Assembly (NCBI GenBank): GCA_016867415.1
Contig: VGJO01000001.1
Span: 148,312 to 212,311 of the forward strand
Length of the DNA stretch: 64,000 nucleotides
From: Candidatus Harrisonbacteria bacterium
GTDB taxonomy: Bacteria; Patescibacteriota; Minisyncoccia; UBA6257; UBA11618
Direction: 5' to 3'
The translations under genes were made by a program, and so were the position numbers. The notes beneath the pieces were generated by a model. The model ran no database searches, was not told the origin of the DNA, and saw nothing but the letters and a program-made list of their open reading frames with translations. This document shows positions 1 to 9,421 of this stretch, piece after piece. The stretch's first letter is position 1. Each line of letters begins with the position of its first letter.

Positions 1-550
1 CCACCTCCTTTGGCGTCGCATTTCCCATTCGTTCCATTACCTTGGTCACCTGGTAGCCAAACTGCTTATTTTTTGTAAGGTAGTCAGTCAGTTCGCCCGT
101 TAAAATATTCTCTCCGGCAATCGCCACTTTGGTAAGCGGCGCCCCCTTAATAAGAAAATTATTAAACCATCGCCGCCAAAACAATTCGATAAACACAAAA
201 ACTATCAGAAAGAGAACCAAATTTGTTTTTGGGGTAAGCGTATTAGAAAAAATATATAAGATTACAATCGCTGCTCCACCAACCACAAGAAGTGTTCGCC
301 CCAATTTTTTGAAAAATTCGAGCGCTCCCCGGAAGTAGTGAATTTCATAAAAGCCTGCGATATAAAAAATAATCAAAGTTACCGCAAAGATAAGAGAAAA
401 TACGGGCATATGCTCGTAGAAAGGCGGATTCTCCGTAAAGTCCACTCGAGGGAAATATCTGAGATAGAGAGATACTGCGAGGGATAAATAGAGTGCCACC
501 GTGTCTCCCAAAAGAAGCACTACTTGCTTTAATTTGACAGAGCTTTTCAC
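1..550 (-). CDS. polyprenyl glycosylphosphotransferase (WbaP/CpsE-type sugar transferase), N-terminal part; gene runs off the window start
   Basis: Own translation of minus strand (absent from ORF track, no in-window stop): GTG at 550, open to position 1; TM helices then 'RTLLVVG...KVAIAGENILTGELTDYL...GYQV' Rossmann-like segment typical of WbaP N-termini. Confidence 0.5.
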   Translation of the reverse strand, partial: MKSSVKLKQVVLLLGDTVALYLSLAVSLYLRYFPRVDFTENPPFYEHMPVFSLIFAVTLIIFYIAGFYEIHYFRGALEFFKKLGRTLLVVGGAAIVILYIFSNTLTPKTNLVLFLIVFVFIELFWRRWFNNFLIKGAPLTKVAIAGENILTGELTDYLTKNKQFGYQVTKVMERMGNATPKEV

Positions 551-574
551 GAGCCTTATTCTATAAGAAAAAAT

Positions 575-1315
575 ATGGAAACTCAACCGAAATCCTATCT
601 TTTACCAATCAGCATCCTGCTTGCCGCGGTGATTGTCGCTGGTGCTGTCATATTTAATGCGAATGCCAAATTGAATGGTGGTATGGCAAAGGGTGATCCA
701 AACGAACCCACCGCTCCTGCCGTCTCCCCCAAAGAAGCGAAAAAAATATTAAGCGCTGCCTCCAAAGATTTTATCGTTTTGGGTGACCCGAAGGCTAAAG
801 TGGAAATTGTTGAGTTCTCCGATTTTCAGTGTCCTTTCTGTACTAAGTTTCATAAGGAAGCCGGCGAGCAGATTCGCAAGGATTACATTGAGACCGGCAA
901 GGCAAAAATGGTCCTTTTCGATCTTGTCTTCTTAGGTCCGGAATCAGTCAGAGCTGCTGAAGCGACTCACTGTGCTGGTGATCAAAAGAAGTACTGGACT
1001 TACCATGATAAGCTTTTAAATTTCTTTGATAGCCACCTCGCCAAGGGTCGAGAAGATGAAAATGGCAGCGCCTTTTCTGACGCAAATTTAAACAAGTTTG
1101 CTAAAGAAATTGGTCTTGATACCGCCGCTTTCTCCTCCTGCCTCTCTTCCGGTAAGTATGCAAGTAAAATTGAAAGAGGTCAGGAAATTGCCACTCAGGT
1201 CCTCGGTGCCGAGCTTTCCACTCCATCTATCTTTGTAAACGGTGAGCTCATCCAAGGCGCTCAGCCCTACAGGGTCTTCAAAGAAGTCATTGAGAAGGCT
1301 TTAAAGAATAGCTAA
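575..1315 (+). CDS. DsbA-like thiol:disulfide oxidoreductase (thioredoxin fold, CPFC active site), N-terminal TM anchor
   Basis: ORF track 246 aa; 'FSDFQCPFCTKF' CxxC motif in thioredoxin-fold context. Confidence 0.8.
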   Translation: METQPKSYLLPISILLAAVIVAGAVIFNANAKLNGGMAKGDPNEPTAPAVSPKEAKKILSAASKDFIVLGDPKAKVEIVEFSDFQCPFCTKFHKEAGEQIRKDYIETGKAKMVLFDLVFLGPESVRAAEATHCAGDQKKYWTYHDKLLNFFDSHLAKGREDENGSAFSDANLNKFAKEIGLDTAAFSSCLSSGKYASKIERGQEIATQVLGAELSTPSIFVNGELIQGAQPYRVFKEVIEKALKNS

Positions 1316-1340
1316 AATATTACAAAGCGTAACGTAATCA

Positions 1341-1463
1341 CAGCGCAGGATTTTTGAGAAGATTTTAGATTTTCTTTCCGAGTACGGAGCGGAGCATACA
1401 TAGAAAAAGTATGTGAGCACCGAGCGCAGGAAAAAAATCAAAAATCTTCCAAAAATACCAGCT
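1341..1463 (+). repeat. family-1 element copy (flank cacagcgcaggattttt; arms gagaagattttagattttctttcc / ggaaaaaaatcaaaaatcttcc; core gagtacggagcggagcatac-atagaaaaa-gtatgtgagcaccgagcgcag; 3' ccaaaaataccagc)
   Basis: arms ~27/30 complementary; 8 nt before glutaredoxin ATG. Confidence 0.7.
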
Positions 1464-1470
1464 CATCTTT

Positions 1471-1710
1471 ATGAAAAAAATAATAATTTATAGTACGCCC
1501 ACCTGTGTTTACTGTAAAATGGCCAAAGAATTTTTTGCCAAAAATAATATTCCTTTTGAAGATCACGATGTTTCGGCCAATATGAAAGCTCGGGAAGAGA
1601 TGATCGGCAAGTCCCATCAGCTCGGCGTGCCCGTGATCGATATCGAAGGTGAGATCTTTGTCGGCTTTGACCGCCAAGGCATCTCCGAAGCCCTCGGAAT
1701 CGTCAGCTAG
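1471..1710 (+). CDS. glutaredoxin/NrdH-like small redoxin
   Basis: 79 aa, 'IIIYSTPTCVYCKMAKEFF' CxxC glutaredoxin signature. Confidence 0.8.
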   Translation: MKKIIIYSTPTCVYCKMAKEFFAKNNIPFEDHDVSANMKAREEMIGKSHQLGVPVIDIEGEIFVGFDRQGISEALGIVS

Positions 1711-1720
1711 AATTTAATCC

Positions 1721-1750
1721 ATCATTCCAGACTTGATCTGGAATCTATAA
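1721..1750 (+). repeat. family-2 hairpin repeat subtype A (atcattccaga-cttga-tctggaatctataa)
   Basis: perfect 8-bp palindrome, 11 nt after grx stop and 4 nt before trxB ATG. Confidence 0.6.
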
Positions 1751-1753
1751 AAA

Positions 1754-2680
1754 ATGCAAGAACTAATAATAATAGGGGGAGGACCAGCCGCCGCAGGCGC
1801 CGCAGTATATTCTGCTAGAAAAAAAATAAAAACCCTCATCATCACTCCCGAATTTGCCGGTCAATCCGTTGTCTCCAATGAGATTGGTAATTGGATCGGC
1901 TCGAAATCCATCTCCGGCCTCGACCTTTCAAAAAATTTAGAAGATCATGTCCGTAGTTTTGTTGGGCCTGATCTTGCTATTGAGGAGGATAAAGTAGTTG
2001 CTGTTTCTAAAGTAGAAAAAGGTTTTATTATTACGACTGAAAAAGGTAAATCCTTTGATACCCATACGATTCTCGTGGCCTCCGGCAGTCGCCGTAAGCG
2101 CCTCGGCATTCCCGGTGAAGATCGTTTGGATGGGAAAGGTGTCGCCTGGTGCGCCACCTGCGATGCCCCGCTTTTCTCGGGGGTGGATGTGGTGGTGATT
2201 GGTGGTGGAAACGCCGGACTTGAGTCTGTCCTCGATCTCCATGCCTATGCTAAAAAGATCTATCTTCTCCACCGCCGTGATAACTTAAAAGCGGATGAAG
2301 TCACTCAAGAAAAAGTCCGGGCCTTATCAAATGTAGAGATTATTTTGAATACCGAGCCTAAAGAGATCCTTGGTGATAACTTTGTCTCCGGTATTCGCTG
2401 CTTAGATAAGGTAGCGAATGAGGAAAAAACCCTCCCTGTTTCCGGTATCTTTATTGAAATTGGTTCTCTCCCTAACAGCGATTTTGTAAAAGACCTAGTC
2501 GAGCGAAATGTGATCGGTGAGATAGTTGTCGATCATAAGACCCAATCCTCCTCTCTTCCGGGCATCTGGGCCGCTGGCGACGTCACAGACGTCCTCTATA
2601 AGCAAAACAACATAAGCGTAGGCGACGCCATTAAAGCCATTTTGAGTATCTTCGACTACCTCCACCACCACCACCGCTAG
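1754..2680 (+). CDS. trxB: thioredoxin-disulfide reductase; natural C-terminal HHHHR tail
   Basis: N-terminal GGGPAAAGAA FAD motif, 'WCATCDAPLF' redox-active disulfide, second NAD(P) GGGNAG motif. Confidence 0.9.
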   Translation: MQELIIIGGGPAAAGAAVYSARKKIKTLIITPEFAGQSVVSNEIGNWIGSKSISGLDLSKNLEDHVRSFVGPDLAIEEDKVVAVSKVEKGFIITTEKGKSFDTHTILVASGSRRKRLGIPGEDRLDGKGVAWCATCDAPLFSGVDVVVIGGGNAGLESVLDLHAYAKKIYLLHRRDNLKADEVTQEKVRALSNVEIILNTEPKEILGDNFVSGIRCLDKVANEEKTLPVSGIFIEIGSLPNSDFVKDLVERNVIGEIVVDHKTQSSSLPGIWAAGDVTDVLYKQNNISVGDAIKAILSIFDYLHHHHR

Positions 2681-2786
2681 GCTTCGCCCACCGTAGGAGC
2701 ATTTATAAATGATTAAGCGGTTTTATATCTATAATTTGAGTAGTTAATTCTAGCTAAAAGATTGGAATGATGATAAAAACCAGTCT

Positions 2787-4442
2787 TCAAAAGAAGAGTT
2801 GAGCTATCTTTATCTCATCATACGAATATCTATCACCTATGATCCTTTTTAATTCTGATAAAGTAAGACCATTCCCATTTCCTTCCCCTGCTGATTGAAC
2901 AATATCTTTAATAGTGAGAATTTTTTTCTCTGATAATTCTTCCTTTATAGCTGACAGATCGAGATCCGGAGAAAGAGAGCGTAATTTAAAAAGGTGATTA
3001 ATAATCGTTTCTTTGGTAAGTTCTCGTTCTTTCGCTATCTCCTTAATATTTTTTCCTTGAAGAAGGAGTTCTTTGGTAAGAGAAAGAGTATTGGAAGCTT
3101 CACCTTTCTCCGCTTTTGTTTTTTTAGATTTCGCTCCCGATCTCGCAAGAAACTCATTCGATCGTTGCTTATAAGTCTCTTCATCAAGGAGCCGGATTTC
3201 CTTTGCGTGCTCCGCCGATATTTTTCGAAAATAATCATCATATTGGAGGACTTCTTCATTCATTCGGAGCGCTCCTTCATTAATTCCTTTGAGAGTGAGA
3301 CCAGCGAGACTCCGTACTCGCGAGAGCGCCACATATCCCATCCCCACCTCAAATGATTTAGAAAGATCAATCTCCGCCGCGTCCATGCTCATTCCTTGAC
3401 TCTTATGAATAGTGATCGCCCAGGCGAGGCGTAGGGGATACTGATTAATCTCGGCGACTTTTCGCCCATTATCTTCAATGATCCAGCTTGTAGGGACTAC
3501 TTTTATCTCTCGTCCGGAAAGAGTCTTCACCTTCACGCCATACTGATCACATTCGACTACCGTCCCGAGAGTGCCGTTCGCGTACCCCTCCTCAAAATTA
3601 TTTTTCACAAACATTACCCGCGCGTCTTTTTTGAGCGTCAGCACCTCGGGCGCGAGACACCCTTTTTTAAGCGCTTCCACCGCCCGATCATTGCCCTTGC
3701 CCGTCATCTTGTAGCTGTAGGCCTTAGTAGGGAGTTTCGCTAATTCCCGCTCATTTTCCCGGTCCACATCCGCATTGTGCGGATAGAGTCGGGTAAGGAC
3801 GCCTTCTCCAGCGCCTTTTCCCATCCTAGAAAAAAGAAGAGCCATCTCTGGATGTTTCACTCGATTATCTCGGATCGCGTTCAAGACTCCTAAATATGCC
3901 TTGTCATTCTGCCGATGTTGTTCCTCTAAGTAGCAAATTTTTAGCCCCATTTTTTTCCACGCCTCCGAGTGGTAAATAAAGAGTGGTTCCTCTTCGCTTC
4001 CTCGAGACACCGGCGGTAGTTGGAAAAAATCCCCGCACAAGATCACCTGCAGTCCGCCAAAAGCTTTCTCCCGTCTTCGTAAAAATCGCGCCACCCGCTC
4101 CACCATGTCGAGCCGGAAGTGATGCAGCATCGACACCTCGTCAATGATAAGTACCGTCGCTTTTTGCATCCGCTTGAAAAGCATCGCTCGCTCCTCAAGC
4201 TCCTCAAGCTCTCGTTCGGAAAGAAAATCCCGGATTCCTAATCCTGACCAAGAGTGAATCGTCGTCCCGCCGATATGTGTTGCCGCAATGCCGGTCGAGG
4301 CCGTGATCTCCGGCTCCACCCCACTTTCTCGAAGATACGCTATATATTGATTAATGACATGCGTCTTACCCGATCCGGCCGGCCCGGTAATAAAAACATT
4401 TTCTCCCGTCTTAAGTATCTTGAGTGCCTCCTCCTGTGTCAT
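2787..4442 (-). CDS. Pif1/RecD-like superfamily 1 helicase with C-terminal helix-turn-helix (HTH_40-like) domain
   Basis: Walker A 'ITGPAGSGKTHV', Pif1-type motifs, C-terminal 'NIKEIAKERELTKETIINHL' HTH; ATG at 4442 preferred over the TTG at 4475 used by the track. Confidence 0.75.
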   Translation of the reverse strand: MTQEEALKILKTGENVFITGPAGSGKTHVINQYIAYLRESGVEPEITASTGIAATHIGGTTIHSWSGLGIRDFLSERELEELEERAMLFKRMQKATVLIIDEVSMLHHFRLDMVERVARFLRRREKAFGGLQVILCGDFFQLPPVSRGSEEEPLFIYHSEAWKKMGLKICYLEEQHRQNDKAYLGVLNAIRDNRVKHPEMALLFSRMGKGAGEGVLTRLYPHNADVDRENERELAKLPTKAYSYKMTGKGNDRAVEALKKGCLAPEVLTLKKDARVMFVKNNFEEGYANGTLGTVVECDQYGVKVKTLSGREIKVVPTSWIIEDNGRKVAEINQYPLRLAWAITIHKSQGMSMDAAEIDLSKSFEVGMGYVALSRVRSLAGLTLKGINEGALRMNEEVLQYDDYFRKISAEHAKEIRLLDEETYKQRSNEFLARSGAKSKKTKAEKGEASNTLSLTKELLLQGKNIKEIAKERELTKETIINHLFKLRSLSPDLDLSAIKEELSEKKILTIKDIVQSAGEGNGNGLTLSELKRIIGDRYSYDEIKIAQLFF

Positions 4443-4575
4443 AAGTTTAATAAATCTACCACGCCCCCAAAACAAATCCTATATATACATTCATATTGAT
4501 AATTTTTTCTCAAATATTACAAAGTTCACAAGACGTTTTCAGTTCCGCGAAATAATTTTGCTTTTTCTCGCCTCC

Positions 4576-5136
4576 CTACCCTTCAGTAAGGGTTTTTGCT
4601 ATCAATCCAATAGTGAAGATGCCCATGCTATTAAAAATAAATGCTATCGTAAAAAACACTCTAGATTTTACTTTTGACAAGCCAAGCATAGCGACACCAA
4701 TCTCATCTGGAAAAGGAGAAGCTATTATAAGTGCCCCCAGAATTGGAATGAAAAATCGAAAAAATCTTGTTCTAAAAAAACTAATCCACCCTTTTTTTCT
4801 CTTTGAAGAAAATAAATAGGTAAAATCACTTGAAATTTTGTCTTTCACAAATCTGAAAATAATATAATCGCCGACAGCCGCCCCTAGTCCTCCCAAAAGA
4901 ACAAGAAGTGGGAGGGGAGTTACCTGGGCTAATTCTCCAAGCAAGACAATAGATGGAGCGGTGGTAAAGACAGAGGTAAAAAATAATCCAGCAAGAAATA
5001 TTCCTAGCCACTCTAATGTATTAAGTGATGCGACAAGCTGAGTTGCAAGACCAGTTACGCTAAAAAAGAACGCAAAAAGAATACTGACTGTTAGAAATAA
5101 AAGGTCTTTATAAAAGATTTTCTGTTGTTTCTTCAC
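4576..5136 (-). CDS. polytopic membrane protein, unknown function
   Basis: 186 aa, several hydrophobic helices, no recognisable catalytic motif. Confidence 0.45.
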   Translation of the reverse strand: MKKQQKIFYKDLLFLTVSILFAFFFSVTGLATQLVASLNTLEWLGIFLAGLFFTSVFTTAPSIVLLGELAQVTPLPLLVLLGGLGAAVGDYIIFRFVKDKISSDFTYLFSSKRKKGWISFFRTRFFRFFIPILGALIIASPFPDEIGVAMLGLSKVKSRVFFTIAFIFNSMGIFTIGLIAKTLTEG

Positions 5137-5177
5137 TAAGAAAATAATATCAATTCAATAACGAAAAGGATAATCTG

Positions 5178-5250
5178 GGTGCCTGACGGGAATCGAACCC
5201 GCATCACCGGAACCACAACCCGGGGCTTTACCACTAAGCTACAGGCACCA
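5178..5250 (-). tRNA. tRNA-His (anticodon GTG) with encoded G-1
   Basis: Reverse complement folds as cloverleaf: G-1 + acceptor GTGCCTG/CAGGCAC, anticodon loop TTGTGGT, T-loop GGTTCGATTCC, discriminator C; no encoded CCA. Confidence 0.8.
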
Positions 5251-5360
5251 TCATTCTTCTCAAAAAAATTGCAAAAAAAGATTCTTGAGAAACCTTATAA
5301 TAACACATATATCACTTTTTTCAAGTTTTTCTCCGCTTCTTTTTGTGAGAAAATACTTGG

Positions 5361-5999
5361 GTGCAGGCTCTTCTTGAATCCATAAAATTTTTCATCATTG
5401 ATCATGGCCCTTTGGCCATTTTTTTAATAGGTCTTATAGAAGAGCTGGTTTTTTTTATCCCCTCTTCGCCCATCTTTATCACTGCTGGCTTCTTTCTCAC
5501 TGATCCGCAAAGTAGTTTTACTGACGTCTTTCTGCAAGTGTTTTTTAATTTTGGCATCCTCGGCGCCTCTGGTCTCACTCTAGGATCCTACTTTATCTAT
5601 TATATCTTCTATTATGGCGGCAAACCCTTCATTCTTCGTTTTGGTAAATACGTTGGCGTGTCTTGGCAGGGGATTGAGCGTTTTGAAGAAAAAATGAAAG
5701 ATACGTATATCGATGAGTGGACTATTTTTTCTTTGCGGGCCATTCCCATTCTACCCATCACCTTTGTTTCTGTTTTTGCTGGTCTTATCCGGATTCACCC
5801 GCGAGAATTCGGCCTCTTCACTTTCTTAGGTGCGGTAGTAAGACTCACTATTTTAGGTCTTATCGGCTGGGCTTTTGGTGAGGCATACTCCACTTTCATA
5901 AAAGACATTCTTGAGGTAGAAAGATATGGCTCTATCCTGGTTATTCTCATAGTTCTCGCTTGTCTCTACTACCTTCTTAAAAAACGCAAATCTTTTTAA
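5361..5999 (+). CDS. DedA/VTT-family membrane protein (GTG start)
   Basis: 212 aa; 'GLIEELVFFIPSSPIFITAGFF' resembles the DedA re-entrant loop motif; multiple TM segments. Confidence 0.5.
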   Translation: MQALLESIKFFIIDHGPLAIFLIGLIEELVFFIPSSPIFITAGFFLTDPQSSFTDVFLQVFFNFGILGASGLTLGSYFIYYIFYYGGKPFILRFGKYVGVSWQGIERFEEKMKDTYIDEWTIFSLRAIPILPITFVSVFAGLIRIHPREFGLFTFLGAVVRLTILGLIGWAFGEAYSTFIKDILEVERYGSILVILIVLACLYYLLKKRKSF

Positions 6000-6002
6000 A
6001 AT

Positions 6003-7112
6003 ATGGCTGATTCAAAGCTCGAGAAAACCCTCAAAAAAATATCTTCAGAAAAAGAAAGTATTCTCCCTCTTTCCTCTAAAAAAGATATTGGTGCCAACCT
6101 TCTTCGTGATCTTATCGCTGACCGTCTTCACCATCTTTTTTCTCTTAAAAAGGATTGGTATGTAAATATTGATTCTGCTTCCGTTGAAGTTGCTTCTCTT
6201 GCCGCGCTTTCCTCTCTCATGGACTTTGGTGAGACCTTTCTCACTCTTTCTCTTGCCTCCGGCGGCTACCCGTTCTATAGTTCGCGCTTGAGTATAGTGA
6301 GCCGCGCCTATCGGCCTATCTCCTATAATGTCGATCCTTCTTCTGGTCTCATTGATTACGACGAAATCGCTCGGTTGATCGAGCTCCATGCTCCCAAGGT
6401 GATCATTTCTGGCGGCCTCACCTATCCTCGCATTATTGATTTTGAAAAAATCAGTAAGCTTGCCCATCGCGCCTCCGCTTTTCACCTTGCTGATATTTCT
6501 TCCATTGCCCCGCTCATTCTCGCCGGCCTCTACCCCCCACCTTTCAAAAGTACCGATCTTGTCCTTCTTGATACCCAATCTCTAACCGGCATAAAAAGTG
6601 GTTGTCTTCTTTCAGGGGAAGAGCTTTCTGATCGTCTTGCTCGTGCTGTCACTCCTGGTATTGAAACTACTTTCGATGAGGATAAATATATTTCTCTAGC
6701 CGCCGCTTTTCCTATTGCCTCTTCGCAGGAAGCAAAAAAACGGACCAAACAATCGGTAAAAAATGCCTCTCTCCTTGCAAGTCAGCTGAAAAAAACCAGC
6801 TTCACTCTAATGACCGACGGTACCGACACTGATTGCCTTATTCTTGATCTTCGCCATCAAGGCCTCTCGGGGAAAGAGGGAAGAGATCTTTTGAAAGCTG
6901 CCGGCATCTTTGCTGCTCCAAATTTTCTTTTCTCTGATTCTGATATCACTTCCCCCTCAGGTCTTCTTCTGAATACCTCGCACCTTCCGCGAGGAATGAA
7001 AGAAAGTGAAATAAAAATTCTCGCCTCCATAATAAGTGAGCTTCTCTTTAAAACAAAAAAACCTTCCGAAAAAAAATCTGAAGTTCTCGCTCTCCTAAAG
7101 AAATCTCAATGA
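6003..7112 (+). CDS. serine hydroxymethyltransferase-like protein, N-terminally truncated and lacking the PLP-binding lysine (probable pseudoenzyme)
   Basis: Collinear with GlyA: 'LSLASGGYPFYS' vs MNLAHGGHLTHG; 'HAPKVIISGG' vs HKPKMIIGGF; 'LDTQSLTGIKSG' vs TTTHKTLAGPRG (K replaced by S); 'TDGTDTDCLILDL' vs SGGTDNHLFLVDL. Confidence 0.6.
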   Translation: MADSKLEKTLKKISSEKESILPLSSKKDIGANLLRDLIADRLHHLFSLKKDWYVNIDSASVEVASLAALSSLMDFGETFLTLSLASGGYPFYSSRLSIVSRAYRPISYNVDPSSGLIDYDEIARLIELHAPKVIISGGLTYPRIIDFEKISKLAHRASAFHLADISSIAPLILAGLYPPPFKSTDLVLLDTQSLTGIKSGCLLSGEELSDRLARAVTPGIETTFDEDKYISLAAAFPIASSQEAKKRTKQSVKNASLLASQLKKTSFTLMTDGTDTDCLILDLRHQGLSGKEGRDLLKAAGIFAAPNFLFSDSDITSPSGLLLNTSHLPRGMKESEIKILASIISELLFKTKKPSEKKSEVLALLKKSQ

Positions 7113-7156
7113 ATAAAATAAATGGTCACCTTATCGCCAAAATTGCGAGCGTGAGC

Positions 7157-8341
7157 TTACTCAGAGGCTTCTCCTGCACCCATCTCCGTCCTCTTAGCCG
7201 CTTCTTTAATTTCCTTCTCTATTCTCTTAAGTAATTCTGGTTGTTCTTTAAGACTGACTCGTACGTTGTCAAAACCCACTCCGAGTTTAGTGTCCGAGAA
7301 AGAGTAGCTCGCTCCCGATTTAGTCACTACTTTGTATGCTAGACCCGTATTTAAAACATCGGCCTCATAAGAAATTCCTTCTCCATACATAATATCAAAT
7401 TCTGCATTTTTGAAGGGTGGTGCCACTTTATTTTTAACCACCTTTGCCTTCACTCGGTTACCTATAATTGTTTCACCTTTTTTGATCTGGGCCATCCGGC
7501 GAATATCAATCCGGACAGAGGAATAAAATTTGAGTGCCCGGCCGCCCGGCGTGGTCTCTGGTGAGCCAAACATCACCCCAATCTTTTCTCTGAGTTGGTT
7601 GATGAAAATAATCAGCGTATTCGTCTTAGCTGAAATTGCGGTTAGTTTCCGCAAAGCTTGCGACATCATCCGAGCTTGAAGGCCGATAAACTGCTGGCCC
7701 ATCTCTCCTTCAATTTCTGCTTTCGGCGTAAGCGCCGCTACTGAGTCTACTACTACCACGTCAATAATCTCCGATTTCACTAAGCCTTCTAGGATCGAGA
7801 GTGCTTCTTCTCCATTATTAGGTTGGGAGATAATCAGGTCTTTTACCTTCACTCCTAATCGAGCTGCATAGTCCGGATCCATGGCGTGCTCCGCGTCAAT
7901 GAAGGCGCACCGACCGCCTTTTTGCTGTGATTGAGCAATGCAATTAAGAGCTAAAGTTGTCTTTCCTGAAGATTCCGGTCCGAAGACTTCGATGACTCGT
8001 CCTTTTGGCAAGCCGCCGACTCCAAGGGCTAAGTCGAGTGAAAAGGATCCTGTGGGGATTACATCAATATTTACTTTTCGAAGTTCTCCCATCCGCATCA
8101 CTGATCCTTCGCCAAATCGATCCTGTAAATCCTCAATGAGCTTCTGTACTTCGCTGTTTTTCTCCTTCTCCTTTTTCTGATCTGCTGTCTGTGATGAGCC
8201 TCGATCTGAGCGGGCGGCCTGCTCTTTCTCTCGCTTCGCCGCCGCCTTCATATCCTCCTTCTCTTTTTTCTCCTTGTCCATATTTTTATTTGATGGGATT
8301 TTGTAATTCAAAGTTATATCGAATTTTTTCCTCTTATTCAA
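7157..8341 (-). CDS. recA: recombinase RecA with ~55-75 aa lysine/glutamate-rich N-terminal extension
   Basis: 'GSVMRMG', Walker A '[12 protein letters not shown]', 'IDAEHA', L2 loop region; extension MNKRKK...KKEKEKNSE precedes canonical start region. Confidence 0.9.
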   Translation of the reverse strand: MNKRKKFDITLNYKIPSNKNMDKEKKEKEDMKAAAKREKEQAARSDRGSSQTADQKKEKEKNSEVQKLIEDLQDRFGEGSVMRMGELRKVNIDVIPTGSFSLDLALGVGGLPKGRVIEVFGPESSGKTTLALNCIAQSQQKGGRCAFIDAEHAMDPDYAARLGVKVKDLIISQPNNGEEALSILEGLVKSEIIDVVVVDSVAALTPKAEIEGEMGQQFIGLQARMMSQALRKLTAISAKTNTLIIFINQLREKIGVMFGSPETTPGGRALKFYSSVRIDIRRMAQIKKGETIIGNRVKAKVVKNKVAPPFKNAEFDIMYGEGISYEADVLNTGLAYKVVTKSGASYSFSDTKLGVGFDNVRVSLKEQPELLKRIEKEIKEAAKRTEMGAGEASE

Positions 8342-9062
8342 TAGGGAAGATGTCTTCGAATGGAGAAATCTTTTTAGTGGTTATCGTAGGCGTACTCGTC
8401 GCCGCATGTATTTGTTCGTAGACAATCCGCTTGGTGAGAGTCGTCTCTCTACCCAAAAGTTTTTTCGCTTTAACCTCAATGATATTTATTCCTGCTGTGA
8501 GTGATAATTCTTTTTCAAATCGGCCATCTTCATCCACAAAAACATCCACGCCGTTGATCGTGATCTTTCCGCCTGCACCCGTCTTTCCTTCGATCTGAAC
8601 GCTGTTTTCCCGGACGATGAGATTATCGCTTTCTGGATAGGTGATAGTAAGTTTCGGTGTCCCAAGAAGGGTATTGATATTAAAAAGGGCATAAAGGGCA
8701 AAAAGAAAGATGATAAAGAGTGCTAAGAAATATTTTTTTCTATAAAATCGCAACGCATAGCGGTTGTTAGGAAGTAGATCCCTTTCTCCGGAGCTCCGTG
8801 GCCGAGTCTCCCGCTTATATGCCCGCCAGATATCCTCCGCCTGAAATCCCAGATTATCTCCGAGCCGCAAGATAAAGCCTCGTACATATGGCTCCGGCGG
8901 CAGCTTCTCATATTGCCCGAGAAGCATTGCATTAATAAATCGTTCCTGCACTCCGGTCTCCTCCACCAATTTTTTAACGCTTGTCCCCTTAGCATTAATG
9001 GCTTCTTTTAGGTATTCAGAAAACCGGAAATTTTCCATGGGGTCATTATAGGTAAGTCCCAC
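8334..9062 (-). CDS. RodZ-like HTH (HTH_25) membrane protein
   Basis: N-terminal HTH followed by '[20 protein letters not shown]' RodZ signature, one TM helix, C-terminal beta-rich domain; 8-bp overlap with recA. Confidence 0.55.
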   Translation of the reverse strand: MGLTYNDPMENFRFSEYLKEAINAKGTSVKKLVEETGVQERFINAMLLGQYEKLPPEPYVRGFILRLGDNLGFQAEDIWRAYKRETRPRSSGERDLLPNNRYALRFYRKKYFLALFIIFLFALYALFNINTLLGTPKLTITYPESDNLIVRENSVQIEGKTGAGGKITINGVDVFVDEDGRFEKELSLTAGINIIEVKAKKLLGRETTLTKRIVYEQIHAATSTPTITTKKISPFEDIFPIE

Positions 9063-9157
9063 TTTTATGCAACTCGCCTACGTAGCTGTTCTAAAGTTCT
9101 AAAAAAAGCCAGAGCGTGGAGCCGGCCCACCTAGGGTCGAGCCTCCCTTAAGGGAGA

Positions 9158-9195
9158 ATAAAAACAGAGAATGTACTCATTCTCTGTTTTTATAA
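9158..9195. terminator. bidirectional hairpin with flanking A/T tracts (aaaaacagagaatg-tac-tcattctctgttttt) inside a divergent intergenic region
   Basis: perfect 9-bp inverted repeat seen directly; T-tract on + strand, A-tract upstream. Confidence 0.5.
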
Positions 9196-9256
9196 AAAGA
9201 TTAAAAATCTTTTGCTCGCCCCGCATACTTCACCACCCCTCCTAATCTTTGTGTTA

Positions 9257-9375
9257 CCAAAGAACCCCTCCCTTCCCCTATAGTGACTATTCTGAGAAAA
9301 AAATCTTTTCCGAAGATAAAGGGAAAGTTCGCCGGAAACTTTCCTGTGTCACGGTAGGGAAAGAAGGGGTTCTGG
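9257..9375 (+). repeat. motif-A element copy A: 28-nt inverted repeats (ccaaagaacccctcccttcccctatagtgac / gtcacggtagggaaagaaggggttctgg) flanking nested hairpins
   Basis: direct reading; arms ~26/28 complementary; shares core with copies at 18239, 32894, 39471. Confidence 0.6.
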
Positions 9376-9421
9376 AAACTATCTAAAATATAAGCTTAGT
9401 ATTTTTCCTAAAAAAGTATCC

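Noticed and set aside
129-338. 69-aa + strand ORF at the window start
   Set aside because: It lies inside the minus-strand WbaP-like sugar transferase reading frame, which has a clear family signature.
7157-8341. Possibility that the recA N-terminal extension is an annotation artefact
   Set aside because: Not rejected outright. Internal ATGs exist (e.g. [14 protein letters not shown]), but the same K-rich extension pattern recurs on HisS and FtsZ, so I kept the long form and flagged it for start-site verification.
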